In this document: one piece after another, positions 27,487 to 41,598 of the stretch | Layout: each line of letters starts with the position of its first letter | How positions within the stretch are numbered: position 1 is the stretch's first letter | Source: Conidiobolus incongruus B7586 | Lineage: Eukaryota | Assembly (NCBI GenBank): GCA_000697335.1 | Contig: JNEM01011735.1 | Location: forward strand, 1 to 51,034 | DNA length: 51,034 bases | Reading direction: 5' to 3' | Program-made: the position numbers and the translations under genes | The notes under the pieces: model-generated | What the model saw: only the letters and a program-made list of their open reading frames with translations | Told to the model about the DNA's origin: nothing | The model's database searches: none

Positions 27487-27957
27487 TTATACAAATTTAA
27501 CTGGTTGTAAACCAAAATAGGGCAAGTTATAGTTCTCCAATTGAATTCCGTCATGTTTAGAGTATACACTATATACATAAACTGCTAATTGCCAAGGAGT
27601 AGGTCCTCCTCTGGTTTTAATATTCACAATACTAGGATCGAAGGTGTAGGTGAACTTGTTAGTGTCAAATAAGCGACCAGATTTGAAGTAAAGCCTTGGA
27701 GTACCGACAGGGCCAGCATTCATGGCCCATAATTCGACACGAGCTTCAGTATGGTCCTTTTTGGGATCTGGTTTGTCAGACTTCCAAGTAATGGTAAAAG
27801 GTTGGCCAGTTTTGATTATGTTTGGTGAGGTGATATTAACACGTTGATAAGTAAGAGGAGGACAACTGCTTGGAGCGGAGGTTGGATAAGATGGTGTGTA
27901 AGCCAAAACTGAGAGACCTTGGGCAAGTAAGATTAAAGAAGATTTGATACCAATCAT
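27487..27957 (-). CDS. Secreted protein of unknown function, array member 4 (156 aa)
   Basis: Close paralogue of 24730-25227. It has the same signal peptide and an identical ~30-nt upstream leader, with a shorter linker. Confidence 0.9.
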   Translation of the reverse strand: MIGIKSSLILLAQGLSVLAYTPSYPTSAPSSCPPLTYQRVNITSPNIIKTGQPFTITWKSDKPDPKKDHTEARVELWAMNAGPVGTPRLYFKSGRLFDTNKFTYTFDPSIVNIKTRGGPTPWQLAVYVYSVYSKHDGIQLENYNLPYFGLQPVKFV

Positions 27958-30237
27958 TATTAATAATATTATTGAATGTTAAGATATTATATTAGTTTTA
28001 TTATAAAATCAATAGAAATTAATGGCCTTTATATATTCAAAATTCTTGCAATCCTAATCAACATTATATTTTATTCATTATATTGCTTAAGCTTTTTTAG
28101 GTTACTCTACGTAATTTCAATATTAAACATTAAAAATTTTAAACTTAGCCAATTAGGGTTGAAATCTATTTTTATCATCAATTTGATAGATTGGTTTATT
28201 TAGAATATGGTTCGATCACATGAATTAGATAATACAAGTATAATTTGGATCCATTTTTAATTTAAAGAATAAATTGAATACTAGATTGTTGGTCATATTC
28301 ACTTGGAACATTTATATTCAAAATATCTTGTCATTAGATTCAACCCAAATATATACCAAAAATATAGTTTTTAATATACAATAATGATGTATATTAAAGC
28401 TATGAATATTTTTATATAAATCATAATTGATATTTAAATCATTAGAAAATATTAATTAATATTAGGTGAGAATAATTTATTGAAAAAATCTTTGGTTGAT
28501 ATTTGATATCCAAAATATTAAATTTATTAGGTAATTATATTGAGAAGTATAAATCTTAAGAATAGGATTTTAATTGTGATATATATATATATATATTTAT
28601 AAAGTTTATATACTGCTGTGTTTAATAAAAAGTTTTTTGAATAAAGATGGTTGTTAGAAATGTACTCGTAGTACGATATAGTAAAATATTTATAATCTTA
28701 TTTAAATAGTCGATTCAGTGAATGTAATAATCTAACAAATGGTATTGGCTTAACTATCCAATCGAGATGGATGGCTAATTTTTGAAATGCAACAATACTA
28801 CATTAAATAATGAATCATTACAATTTTTTAGAAAAAATTATTGAATTTTTCACCTAATTTTGGAACTAAGATGTATGAATACCAATTTTCAATATTTAAT
28901 TGGTACCTATAAAAATTTTTCGGATTGATCATTACTTTAACATATATGATCAAATTTTATTAATATATTTTTCAAAATTATCCAGTATATACAATACCCA
29001 CGAAATATATATTGGATTGATGTGTGAGCCTAAAAAAATTCTGTAAACATAAAATTAGCAAATTGGTTTAAGTCAATTTTCCCAATATGCATATCATTGC
29101 AGAATTAATAATTGGTTCCTAGTTCAGCTTCTCAGAAATATATAAACATATATTTTTAACACCCCAAAAAATGAGCTAGATTAATTTACTAATATAATTT
29201 ACTTAAAAACTCTCTTTGGAGGCTGCTATTTGATTAATTAGATATTCATTCAACTAGTCTTCTATTACGTAAACTAAACAAAGTTATTCTCTAACAAATA
29301 AAATCTAAAATCTTAATAAAATATGAAAACTGTATCTTTATTATCATTTTACAATATTTCCACTTAAAACTAGGGTCAAAATCAATCCAATGTTCAATTT
29401 TAAAGAGCACATTTGATTTGTTACTTAAGACAATATGGCTAATCCACCATAGTTCTACATGATGATATTATCATCATTATTAAGAATAATATCACTAATC
29501 AAGAACTACATAAATCTATACGATAATTTTTCTGTGTATCAATATTACGTTGCAATTTATTATCATTTAACAAAATTAACATTCCATATCCCAAAAACAT
29601 TCATAATTTGTTCAAAGAATATATATATATATTGAATTTTATTAGTACTGAACTATACTTTTCAAAATATAGCTTAGCTTTTTGTAACCTATTAGTGATA
29701 TTATTTGAATTTAATTAAATCTATAATCGTGAAATATTTCGATTAATTTAGTAATATAACAACTATAATGTTTATAATTTTAATTTGAATAGAATATGAA
29801 TAAAAATTGTCAGTTAAAGTTTAATAATGAACAATTCAGGTTAACAGATTGCAAAGTCTATTCTATATTAAGAATATAAAATTTCGGCTTCTAAATATAT
29901 ATTTAAATATAGATTATCTTAATCAAGTTATCAAAAATATAAAATTACACATTAAAATAGTATGTAATAAGAATATAAACAATCACTTGAAATTGATTTG
30001 AAACAAATATAATCCAACCTTGAATGATTAACAATATTGATCAGTGATATATAATTATAATATTAATATGTAAACTGTAATCAAATAAATTCATAGTATT
30101 AGCTAGGGAATAAAATGTGGATTACTGACTTTGTTGATAACCAATTCATATATTGAAATAGAGAATGAGTAATAATAGTTAAAAAATTAATTAGTTGATT
30201 TTATTGGAATCTTAAAAAATAATTTTTAATATTTTAT

Positions 30238-30732
30238 CTAATGAAATTTAACTCTTTGTAAGCCATAATAAGGTAAGTTCCATGATTCAAGGTCAGTGGT
30301 ATTACGATCGAAATAGGTACTGTAGACAAAGACACCCAATTGCCAAATAATAGGACCTCCCTTGGTGGTAGCATTCACATATCTAGTTGGGAAGATGTAG
30401 GTGATGTTATTAGTATCGAATAAGCGATCGGATTTGAAGTCAATCATTGGAGAATTAACAGGACCAGCATTCATAGCCCATAATTCAACACGAGCTTCAG
30501 TGTGGTTCTTTTTGGGATCTGGTCTGTCAGACTTCCAAGTGATGGTAAAAGGTTCACCAGCTTTGATCAAATTGGGGGAGGTAATATTGACCTTTTCATA
30601 AGTAAAAACAGGGCATCCAGTTGGAGTGGGTAAAGGAATAGGGGGAATAGAGTCGAATTCAGGGTAATGAGTGAGACCAAAAACACCTAAGGTTTGAGCA
30701 ACTAAAAATAAAGAGCTTTTCAAACAAACCAT
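30238..30732 (-). CDS. Secreted protein of unknown function, array member 5 (164 aa)
   Basis: MVCLKSSLFLVAQTLGVFG signal and a Pro-rich linker, followed by the same family domain ending WNLPYYGLQRVKFH. Confidence 0.9.
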   Translation of the reverse strand: MVCLKSSLFLVAQTLGVFGLTHYPEFDSIPPIPLPTPTGCPVFTYEKVNITSPNLIKAGEPFTITWKSDRPDPKKNHTEARVELWAMNAGPVNSPMIDFKSDRLFDTNNITYIFPTRYVNATTKGGPIIWQLGVFVYSTYFDRNTTDLESWNLPYYGLQRVKFH

Positions 30733-32034
30733 GATAACGAAAAATCAGAAATAGAAAAAAAATAACCAGTTAGTCAATAGGTCTTTTATACTTTTTAATT
30801 CATATCCAACCAAGATAATGAATTATCTTTTTACAAGCATTACAACATCACAATTCGCAAAAAATAAGCTGTGTAACTGGATATAAAAAAAATTTCTAAT
30901 TATATTATCAACTTGTTAAAAGAACTAGAATCTCTCTAAATTATCCAATCATTTTATTTAATTTTGGATTATAATTGATATAAGTACAAAATAGAGTTTT
31001 CAATGATTTAATGGAATCCAATAATTCAATCTATTTTTAGTGATTTGTGAAAATTTATTAGTTGTCCAGAGATGAAGATATCCAACTTTGGAATCAATAT
31101 TAAAACTTGAATGATAAGTGTAAAGCTATATGATAATATACACAACCAAATTATTATAATATAATTATTCTAAAATTGAAATAATATAGATTATTTCGTC
31201 AAATTCATTATTGATTAATTATTTAAAAGTATTTAACAAGTTTAGCCAAGTAAAATATATAGATGTTAGTACTAAATTTAAAAATAATCATCAAGTGAAT
31301 ATTAGGTTAATTAATATAAAATGATGGATTTGATTAAGATAAATATTATCCGAGTTGATGATATTATACCATTTAAGAAAAGCAATAATGATACAGTGTA
31401 ACCTATAAAAGTTTATGGATGATTTTTTGACAATTTTATGTATTAATTTGAAAAATATTCTTGTCACTCGAGCAGGCAAGTTATATCTCAATTAAATATA
31501 ACGAAAATTCCATTATTATCTCTGTAGTAGATGTTTTTCTTTGTGTTATTTTGAATAAATCAACATTGAATTAGAGATAATAAATATTTTATATTTAAGG
31601 ATCAAATATAATAAGATAAATATACAATTATATTTGAATAAAATTACTGAGATTTGCTGATTTAATATTGTGAGTTTATGATAGCTTTAAAATTTTTCTC
31701 AAGTAAATGAAAATATATCTAGAAATTTGGTAAATTGATTTAAGGGTATTAAAATTGGTTTGAATATAGTGAGATAAAAATTCAATTCAAATTTCAATTA
31801 ACAATAAAATTATTTAAAAATTTAAAGTTAAAAGTTTGCAAGATCAGTAGAGGTTACAGGCACTATAGATATTTATAAAAATATAAAATTTATTTAATAT
31901 CTAATACTTTGTGCAACACATTAACTGATTAAATATCATTTATTTGAATTTTTTATATTGAATTCAATTATTAAACTATTGAATTATTTTTATCACTAAT
32001 TTAATTCATTTATCTTAATTTTTAAAATTTACTA

Positions 32035-33344
32035 TTAGTATAGAAATTAAATAATGGCATAATTTTAAAATTAATATTAAACAAATAAATTAATAAATAA
32101 TATATAAAAATTAATGAATAATATAAAATTAATAGTTTCTTTTATTATTAATAACTTTTTTCTATACCTTTAATAAGTTTCTAATACTTAAAAAACAATT
32201 CTTTTTATTAAAGACTGAAATTTAATATTTCATAAACTAATTTAATTTGTTTGTTAGAATTTTTTTTCTTACAAGCTATTTTTTTAATTGTTTAAAACAA
32301 TTATAATTATATAAGTTATAATTAAGTGAATATACTAGATATAGTAACTCTCTCTATTTTTTTAAATTAAAAATCTTTTACAACTTTAGCTTTATGTATT
32401 TTAAAATTATTATATAAAATAATAAGTGTTTTTAATTTATATTGAGAATATTATTTAAAAATTATTTTATTTAAAAAGATAATATATAATTTATTATTAA
32501 TTGATTTTCCTTGAGATATTAAATAAAAAAACTATATACCATTATAATTTATTATAATAATTAATATTCATTTATATTTAAAATGCTTATTTATTAGAAT
32601 TTATAAAAAGGATTAATTTAACTTAACTTAACATCTTATTTTATTTTTAAGTAAAAGATTATATAAAGGAATTTAAGATTTATTAATTATAAGTATTTAC
32701 TGTAAAAACCTTTGTTTTTAGTTATACCTTAATAAGTTTAGTTTAATTATAGCTACTCTAATTTTTTTTAAGCTTTTGTTAAATTATAAGGTATTTATTT
32801 TATATTTTTATTAATTAATCTAAGTTTAAACTTAAATAAATATAATATGCTTGTATAATTAATATTAAATTGCTTTAATAATTCTTTAATAAATATAAAA
32901 AGGTATTTCTTAATATATTTTTTTATATTATTAGTAAGTAAAATATAACAATAAAAATTAATCTTTTAAATTTTGGTAAATTTTGATTAATGTCCCTTCT
33001 AGCTGTAAAATCACAAATTTAGTGATATATGGTAATTTTAAATAAAACACTATCTCTATAAGCTATTTGCAAGTTTTAAATGATTTTAAAGGGTTTATGG
33101 TTAAGTTTTAAAAATACAAAAATAAAAGCCTTTTGATAATTACAATTTAATTAAATATAATCAAATTTAAATATAAATTTTAAAATTAAAATATTTTAAT
33201 AAAAAAATAATTAAAATTGAATATATATATAGTTTAAAAATATTTATTTTCCTATATATTATATATATATAATCTTTCAAAATATATAATATGTTTGAAA
33301 GATCAGAAATTAAGAAATTTGCCATTTTTTAATTTCTATACTAA
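32035..33344 (-). mobile_element. Full-length dead mariner transposon, copy A (1310 bp)
   Basis: TIRs TTAGTATAGAAATTAAA(T/A)AATGGCA at both ends, flanked by TA on each side. Colinear in reverse with 48531-49853. The transposase is riddled with TAA/TAG. Confidence 0.88.
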
Positions 33345-33897
33345 TATTAAGTTATAATAAATTTATAAATATAAGAATTTTATAAGATATAATAGTTTTT
33401 AATATTAATATTTCATTTTATCATTAGTTTAAATTGGTCAAGTTGGAACAAATAAAAAGTAATGGTTCATTTATATATAATAGAGTGTTGACTAAAATAT
33501 TATAATATAAACCAAATATATAGTATATTAAATTTTACTGAGTTATTGAAGAAATACAACTGTTTGAGATATTTCTATCACTAAAACCATTGTTTAATGA
33601 AAAATAATAGGCTTGAATACTTTTTATTTTGAATTAATTGATCAATTAAATAATGAAAACCAAATCCAAAACACATTACTTAATATATATGTGTAATATA
33701 ATTATTGTCCTAAAATATATATTCATACTATTGTTTATTTATGCTAAAAAATGAAAACAATAAAAAATTAAAAATTTAAGATGGTTTTAGTATGTTTGAT
33801 AATTAAAACAATAATTGAGATATGGAAAAAAAATTCAAATAATTTGCTTTTTACTTAATTAATATATTCAATAAATTTATGTTCACTTAATTTAGTA

Positions 33898-35204
33898 TTA
33901 CCTTGAATTTGAAATAATGGGAAATTTTTTAATTTCTGATTTTTCAAACATATTATTAGTTTGAAATAAATAAATATATATAAAGTTAATAGGAAATTAT
34001 ATATTTTTAATATATATATATATTAGTTTTTTTGATTAAAAAATTAACTTTTTAAAATTGGTTGTTTAATTTAATTATACTTAAACCAAATAGTAATCAT
34101 CAAAAGTTTTTTATTTTGGTATTAGTAAAACTTAACCATAAACCCTTTAAAATTATTTAAAATTTACAAGCAGCTTTTGGTAATGAAATATTATCTAAAT
34201 CAACAATTTATTGCTGGGTAAATTATTTTAAAGCTAAGAAAAAAACTATTCAAAACTTGCTAAAATCTAAAAAACTAACTTTAACTATCACTCTTTCAAT
34301 TGTAAATAAAGTGAAAAAATATATTGAAAAGTACTTTTTTATTTCAGCTAGAAAATTATCTAAGCACTTTAATATTAATCTTACAAGTATTTTATATATT
34401 TTAAAGTTTAAACTAAAATTAATAAATAAAAATATAAAATAGGTACCTTATAATTTAACTAAAGCTTAAAAAAAAGCTAAAGTAGCTATTGTTAAATAAA
34501 ACCTATTGAAATATTACCAGAAGCCTAAACTTTTACAATGAATAATTATAATTGATGAATCTTAAATCTTTATGTATAATCTTTTATTAAAACACAAATC
34601 AAAATGCTAGATTAAGCTAAATTAACCTTCTCTACAAATCCCTTTAAATAAGTATTTTGTTAATAAGTGAATGTTAATTATTATAATAGATTATAATGTT
34701 ATATGCTATTCTTATTTAGTTTTTAAAGGAAAATCAATTAATAGTAAATTATATATTGTTTTTTTAAATAAAAATATTTCTAATTGGTGTTCTCAATATA
34801 ATTTAAGAAAACCTATTATTTTACATGATAATTGTAAAATACATAAATCTAAAGTTGTAAAAAACTTTCTAATTAAAAATAGCTGGAAAGAACTACCACA
34901 TCTAATATATTCCTCTGATTATAACCTATGTGATTATAATTGCTTTAGGTAATTAAAAAACCAGCTTGCAAGAAAGAAAATTTCTGCAGGAAAATTTAAT
35001 TGGTTTGTGAAATATCAAATTTCAGTCCTTAATAAAAAGAACTGTTTTTTAAGTGTTAGAAGTTTGCTAAAAGTATAGCAAAAAGTTATTAATAATAAAA
35101 GAAACTATTAAATTTATATTATATATTTATTTTTATATATCATATATTAAATGTTTATTTATTTTTAATTGCAAAAAATTCCCATTATTAAAAATGCAGA
35201 GTAA
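33898..35204 (+). mobile_element. Full-length dead mariner (DD34D) transposon, copy B, diverged subfamily (1307 bp)
   Basis: Imperfect TIRs (TTAC...AATAATGGGAA) flanked by TA. Relic transposase contains *VPYNL (WVPHEL motif, 34440), IIIIDES*, and ILHDNCKIHKS...LPHLIYSSDYNLCDY (YSPDL motif) with 34 residues between the second and third Asp. Confidence 0.9.
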
Positions 35205-36358
35205 TACTATAATTTGCTAAATATTTCACTTTTTAATCAATTAAATCATTGCTTTTTTCAATTTATTCAACATATATTGGATATCTAAGAATAGTTGAGT
35301 ATATCTTTATTTCTGTTTAATTAATATTGAATAAAAAAAATTCGATGCAAAATTTTATATTTAATCATTATGAAAATTTTTATAAATAATTGAACTATTA
35401 ACCTGGTAATTTACCAATGAATATCGTATATAAAATCTCTATCTAACTCATATATTTTCTTAACAAAGGTTAGTGTCAAATTATTTGAAACCCATTTAAT
35501 TTTATTCACAATGTATGATTTGTGAGTGTGTTTGATTTATTAACCCAGTCATTTGACAAAGTATTTATTTGATATAAAAATTACTTGGTTAAAATAATGT
35601 TATTACATCCATTCGAATTAATATTATCGAACTAATTTATCTATTACTTATATCATATATAGTAATTTCAATTCATTCAAATATAGCCTACCATTCTTTT
35701 GTTATGGTGTAATTTTGATTAAAATTATAAATTTATTCCATTAAATTTTCTTTTACTAAAAATTTTAAATATGCAAAAAGTATATAAAATTCATGTATAT
35801 TTTATATTAATTACACTATTTTTTTGAAAAAAAAAATATTGCAATATTGGAGTAATGGTGTTAGTTATAGTTGATTTATACTAAAGTAATTTAATTATTT
35901 AATACTTCAAAATATTTAGATAATATATTAAATAAAAATTATTAGTAAATCTTTTATAATATATTAAATTAAACTTTATATTTGAACATTTTTAATATAA
36001 ATTTTTGAACTTAAAAGTTAATAACTATATTGAAAGCTAAAATAAATCATTCTTAGATAAGTAAAAGTTGAATTATTTTAAATTTAATTAAATATCTATG
36101 AATATAATCAATAATGCTAAAATTGTCAAAAATATGATTAATTAATTATATAATTTTTTCAAATAGTAATATATTAAATATTTTATTAAAATTTATTTCG
36201 TTCATTTAATATAAAATTATTAATAAAATTAAATTAGAAATTGATATTGTTTTTTTAACAAATATAATAAATCAGAATAACAATGAAATATATAAATATA
36301 CATATTTTCAGAATATACAAGGAATAATAGTTTTAAAGTTATGCAAGTTCACATTTTA

Positions 36359-36864
36359 TTATGAATTGATAAATTGATGAAAGTTGGCTCTTTGTAAGCC
36401 ATAGTAAGGTAAGTTCCATGATTCAAGGTCAGTGGTATTACGATCGAAATAGGTACTGTAGACAAAGACACCCAATTGCCAAATAATAGGACCTCCCTTG
36501 GTGGTAGCATTCACATATCTAGTTGGGAAGATGTAGGTGATATTATTAGTATCGAATAAGCAATCGGATTTGAAGTCAATCATTGGAAAATTAACAGGAC
36601 CAATATTCATAACCCATAACTCAACGAGAGCTTCAGTGTGATTCTTTTTGGGATCTGGTCTGTCAGACTTCCAAGTGATGGTATAAGGTTCTCCAGCTTT
36701 GGTTTCATTTTGTGATGTGATGTCCACGCGCTCATAAAATGTAGTAGAACAGTCAGTTGGAATGGAGGTTGGGTAAATAGAAATTGTGGTAGTAGGAGAT
36801 GAAGCAAAGTCAGAGCTGAGAGATCTTGAACGAGTAAGATTAAAGAAGATTTGGTACTAATTGT
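36359..36864 (-). pseudogene. Array member 6: chimeric pseudogene of the secreted family
   Basis: The start codon position reads ACA (36864-36862). There is a 1-nt deletion just after the signal-peptide region and the stop is shifted. The 5' part resembles member 3 and the 3' part is nearly identical to member 5. Confidence 0.85.
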
Positions 36865-39800
36865 TATTAATATTATTGAATTTAAGCCTTGAATGATAGA
36901 TTAATTCATGAATTATTCGCCTAATATACACATTAATCTCATCATTTCCAAATATTTTGGATGCACATTCAGGTGTATTTTATTTTTGAGGTACTGTAGA
37001 ATTTGCATAAAATTTGGCCTGTTATATATGATCACATCAAATGATAAATTGCAATCTATTTTTATTTTAAAAATCACAACATTTTTAATAACGAGAGAAA
37101 ATTTCATCAGTAATTAAAATGCTTTTAATCAAAATTATATAGGACATCATACTAATCCATTTTCAATATCGGAATTTGTATATAGCTTAAAAAATTAGTA
37201 AAACGAGTTTAAATATTTTAATTAATTTTGCATTTCTATTGTACTCATTATGTTTTCTAACATTAAGATTATTTAATATCATATTTAAAAATTTTAACAA
37301 TTACTATATTATTAATTTTATCAGTTTAATTTATAATACCTTTGAATCGAATTAAAAACAGAGCTTATATATATTAGTTTTGAACAAATTTATTATAAAA
37401 TGTAGATAATTTAATAAGTCAAACTATTAAAATATGAGTCAAAATTTTAAGCAAGTTATGGCAATTAAATTTTCAAAAATGATGATATTTTTTGTGATTT
37501 TATGGCATATTCTAGTTTAAAGTCAAAATCATTTTCCCTCAAAATTGATTAATCATAATCCTTTGATGTTTGGTTATATTGACTTAATATTCAAACAGGA
37601 TATTGTTTAGCTTTCTATATTTAGATTCGTGTTAATTTGAGTTTTATTTATTTGTATCATATATTGGACTATTTTGAAACCTCAGCCATGTTTTTAAGCT
37701 GATTTTTACTATTTTTGAATTTAAAAAATTTAGTTGATTCAATTATTAAAAGTATAAAATTGAGTTAAATATTTAATGAAATTAAATATTCAATCATAAA
37801 TTTTTATAATATAAAATATATTAACATAAGGTGTACTAAAATATTGAATAATAAAAATAATATCATAAAGGTTAATATAAATTGAACAAATATCAGTTTG
37901 AACATATACAATTTTATATGCTATTAATTCTTAATATGGTAAAAATTTAATGAACAATATTTTCACAATTAAAATAATATATTTTAATGATATTATATAT
38001 AAATTTTTGAATATTTCTTATTTATTGAGACTTTTTAAAAATTTAAATGATAATTGAACCTTGGATTAATTTAAATTTTTTGAAATATTTATTATTAATA
38101 AGAAATAAGAAATAAGATGTAATATTTTACGTTTTATTTATTTTCTTTTGATATATTATATCAAATATCGAAAATTATTAAAATATAAATATATTAATTA
38201 TAGTTAAACATAAAATGAACGATAGTTTATATACTATAACATAAATTAATTAATCAATGTATTTATAGTTAATTAATATATATAATCTGTATTTTTATAA
38301 TTATATTATTTAATAAATAAATTAATTATATATTTTTTAAAAATATTTCAAAACCATAAAAATTTATATTTTCAAATATAAAAATTTTATTATAGTGAAA
38401 TAAATGTTAAATTAAAAAAGAATATAAACTGTAATATATTAATATATTTTTATATCAATATCAAGCAATAATATAATTTCTCTTATATTATATATTTTTT
38501 TTTCAAAAATTTTTAATATTAAAATCCTTATAAAATAAAAAGAATTTTCAATATCAAAATAAATGATAATGAAGTTATTATTTATAGTGTTAATTAATAT
38601 TTTGTGGATATTATTTTATGACAATAAATATTAGATTATGTATATGTTGAATAGTTTGAACAAATAATTTTAACTAAGAAAATAATATAATTTACACATT
38701 AATAAAAGATGGCCTTTGAATAGTCTAATAAGACAAGGTTGAGAATTACCATAATAATCATAAGTAGAGCAAGCTATTTTACTAACATTATATGGACAGT
38801 ATATAATAAAAGTTTTGTAACAATTTACGCAAAATAAAGTGAAAGTCATATTACCACCAAATAATTTAATTGAAATAATTAAAAGTATAGATGCTTTAAC
38901 AAAATGACTTGCGACTTATAAAATTAATAATTTTAAATATTTATATTTATTCATATATTGATTTGTTACGGCATTATTCATCAATTCATTATATCTTATA
39001 GTATAAATTATTTACTATTTGGTTTTATTCAAACATGGATATTTGATTTGTGATATTAAATTAATTCTTAGAGATAAAAATTCAAATTTAAATTGAATAG
39101 TTTTTATATCAAACAATTATTTTTAAACTTTAAAATGGAACATTTATTGATATTGAAAATATTATATATTATCATTGAGAATAATTTGAAAATATTTGAA
39201 TTGGGATATTCTAACAATATAAGTATTTTTATAATAATATTCTAAACCATTTATGAACACTTGTATAAATATAAAAATATAACGAATAATTACTAATTTT
39301 TGAAAGTAATTTGATATGTCATATTGGATTGAGAATAATTAATGAGTAACTTATGCTAAATTCAGATATAAAAATTTTAAATTTTTTAAAATCGATTATT
39401 GGTTTAAAATATTAAATTATTACATTTGCATATTAGAGAAGAAGATAAAACTTTTTATATCATTAATCAATATTTTTTCAAGTCTCTAAAACAATATAAG
39501 TAAATTTATCTTATTTTGAATATAATGAAACTTGAGCTGAGAGTTAATCAATTTTGTAAAGCATATTAAATCCCCAATTTGATTTTTTGTTGCACCCCAA
39601 ACAAAGGGTTAGAGCGTAAGATAAGATATAGCTCAGGTTTTTTACACCCGTTGTTATGGATAATACATTATTAAAATTTTATTCTATTTTTCAAGCTATT
39701 ATATATATTTACATTAATATATTAATACTTACAGTTGTATTTCAAATTAATTTTTTGATATGTTATTATTAAGATTATGATATTCTTAAAGATATTTGTT

Positions 39801-40948
39801 TTTTTAAAATAAGAATATAAAATTTAATTATTAATAATAGAGTATATTTGTTAATAACATAATATATTTTTTAAACTAAATTTTAAAAGTAATATAATAA
39901 ATTATTAATTATATAATATTAAATTTATTTTCATATTATATTAATAATTGAATACTATAGATAATTTTGAAAATAATTTAAATAGGATTAATTTTATTAA
40001 AAATTGAATTTTAAATATTTCATAAATTATGGATGTTTAATAAACATTATTTAAAATACTTGAGAATTGCTTAGTTTTATATCAAAAAGATTATTTGACT
40101 GAAATAAAGGAATTTATTAGATTAATAATGTGAAATTATATTAAACAATTATAAATATTCTCGATTATGTTATATTATATGAGTAAAAATATTGATATAA
40201 TTTTAATAATGAATTAATTAATAAATCAAAATTACTAAATTTTATTTGTTATGATTGTTTACAAAGTTTATATGGTATTTTTTGGATATATTTTTAATTC
40301 AATATATATTACCAAAAATGGATTTTAATATTAAAATATACTGTAATATTAATTTTTAATGTTATATAATAATTTTAATTATTCAATTATTACATTAAAA
40401 AAATCAATATTACTAATTAAAATTCCAAATAAAGAACTTTTACCGAATTGATTATATACAATATAAAGTAAAAAAAATTTTAATTATAATCTATTACCAT
40501 ATTTCAAATTATTCTCATTAAATTTTATAATTCATACTTTAATTAACAAACATTGGATTAAAATTATAAATTCAATTAGTTTTAATAATTTAAATGATCC
40601 AGAATTAAAAGAAATTATATTTTTTAATGGTGTTAAGGCTCAAATTCTGATTTTAAGATTATTGAGGATACTTTAGTAAGTTTATAATGATAAACAGATA
40701 AAATGAAATTAAATTATTGCAATAATTATTTAATAAAGAAATTAAATTGTGTTAAAAATTATTGATTAATAAAAGATCATAATATGGAATAATATTAAAA
40801 GAATTAACCAAATATAGTAATATTATCAAATTTCATTTTTTGATAAAATAAATATTAAAAAATAAATTTGGTTACTTATAAATGATAATAAAAAATTTAT
40901 TAAATGTAATAATCAAACTCATTACTTACACTATATATTAAACTTTAA

Positions 40949-40972
40949 ATATATATATATATATATATATAT
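40949..40972. repeat. (AT)n microsatellite
   Basis: About 12 uninterrupted AT units. Confidence 0.8.
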
Positions 40973-41284
40973 TATAATTATTAAATTTTAGATTTAGATT
41001 TTGCGAATTTCTATTCACAGGAAAATTCTTTAATTATTAATAATATAATAATTTAATTTTGTAGTTCAATGAATTGTATATAAATTAATATATATATCAC
41101 AAGATAAATGGTTAGAAATTAATAATATTTTTTTAAAATAATTATTAATTGATTAAGTATTTAATATTTTCATTTTATTATTTAAATTATATATTTGATA
41201 TATAAAAATATAGTGTGAATTATATTATATTTATTTTATTATAATTTAATTACTAATATATTATTTATTTTTTTTTAATTTATA

Positions 41285-41356
41285 ATCTGATAAATAATTT
41301 TATCAGATGCTTTTTATTATAATTGTAAAGTGGAAATAAAAAGGATGTTATCAGAT
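41285..41356. promoter_or_regulatory. Cluster of three ATCTGATAA boxes (ATCWGATAA iron-responsive GATA-factor consensus)
   Basis: Perfect copies at 41285-41293 (+), 41300-41308 (-) and 41348-41356 (-). The first two form the palindrome ATCTGATAAA-taat-TTTATCAGAT. The cluster lies 243-314 bp upstream of the ATG at 41599. Confidence 0.65.
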
Positions 41357-41598
41357 GTAAATTTCTATATCCATCAAATAATTGATCCGAATATGGGTAT
41401 TATATTCTCAAACTCTCCAATCACATCATTCTTTTCTCAATAGCGAAACAGGTTCCAAAACAGACAATTAGCCTAATTTTATTAATAATTAAACTAATCC
41501 ATATCATCATGTGATTAAAATTCAGTATAAATATTAAATTGAGGACGAACTTAATTTAAATTTATAACAATTTATATTAATTAAATAATTATTTTAAA

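Noticed and set aside
21986..37117. I/N/F/K/L-rich ORFs (21986, 25886, 27976, 31291, 36908, 36913; also 4894 outside this span)
   Set aside because: Composition matches chance ORFs in highly AT-rich DNA, with no motifs.
39580..39660. GC-richer patch considered as a tRNA or ncRNA
   Set aside because: No cloverleaf, A/B boxes or convincing stems.
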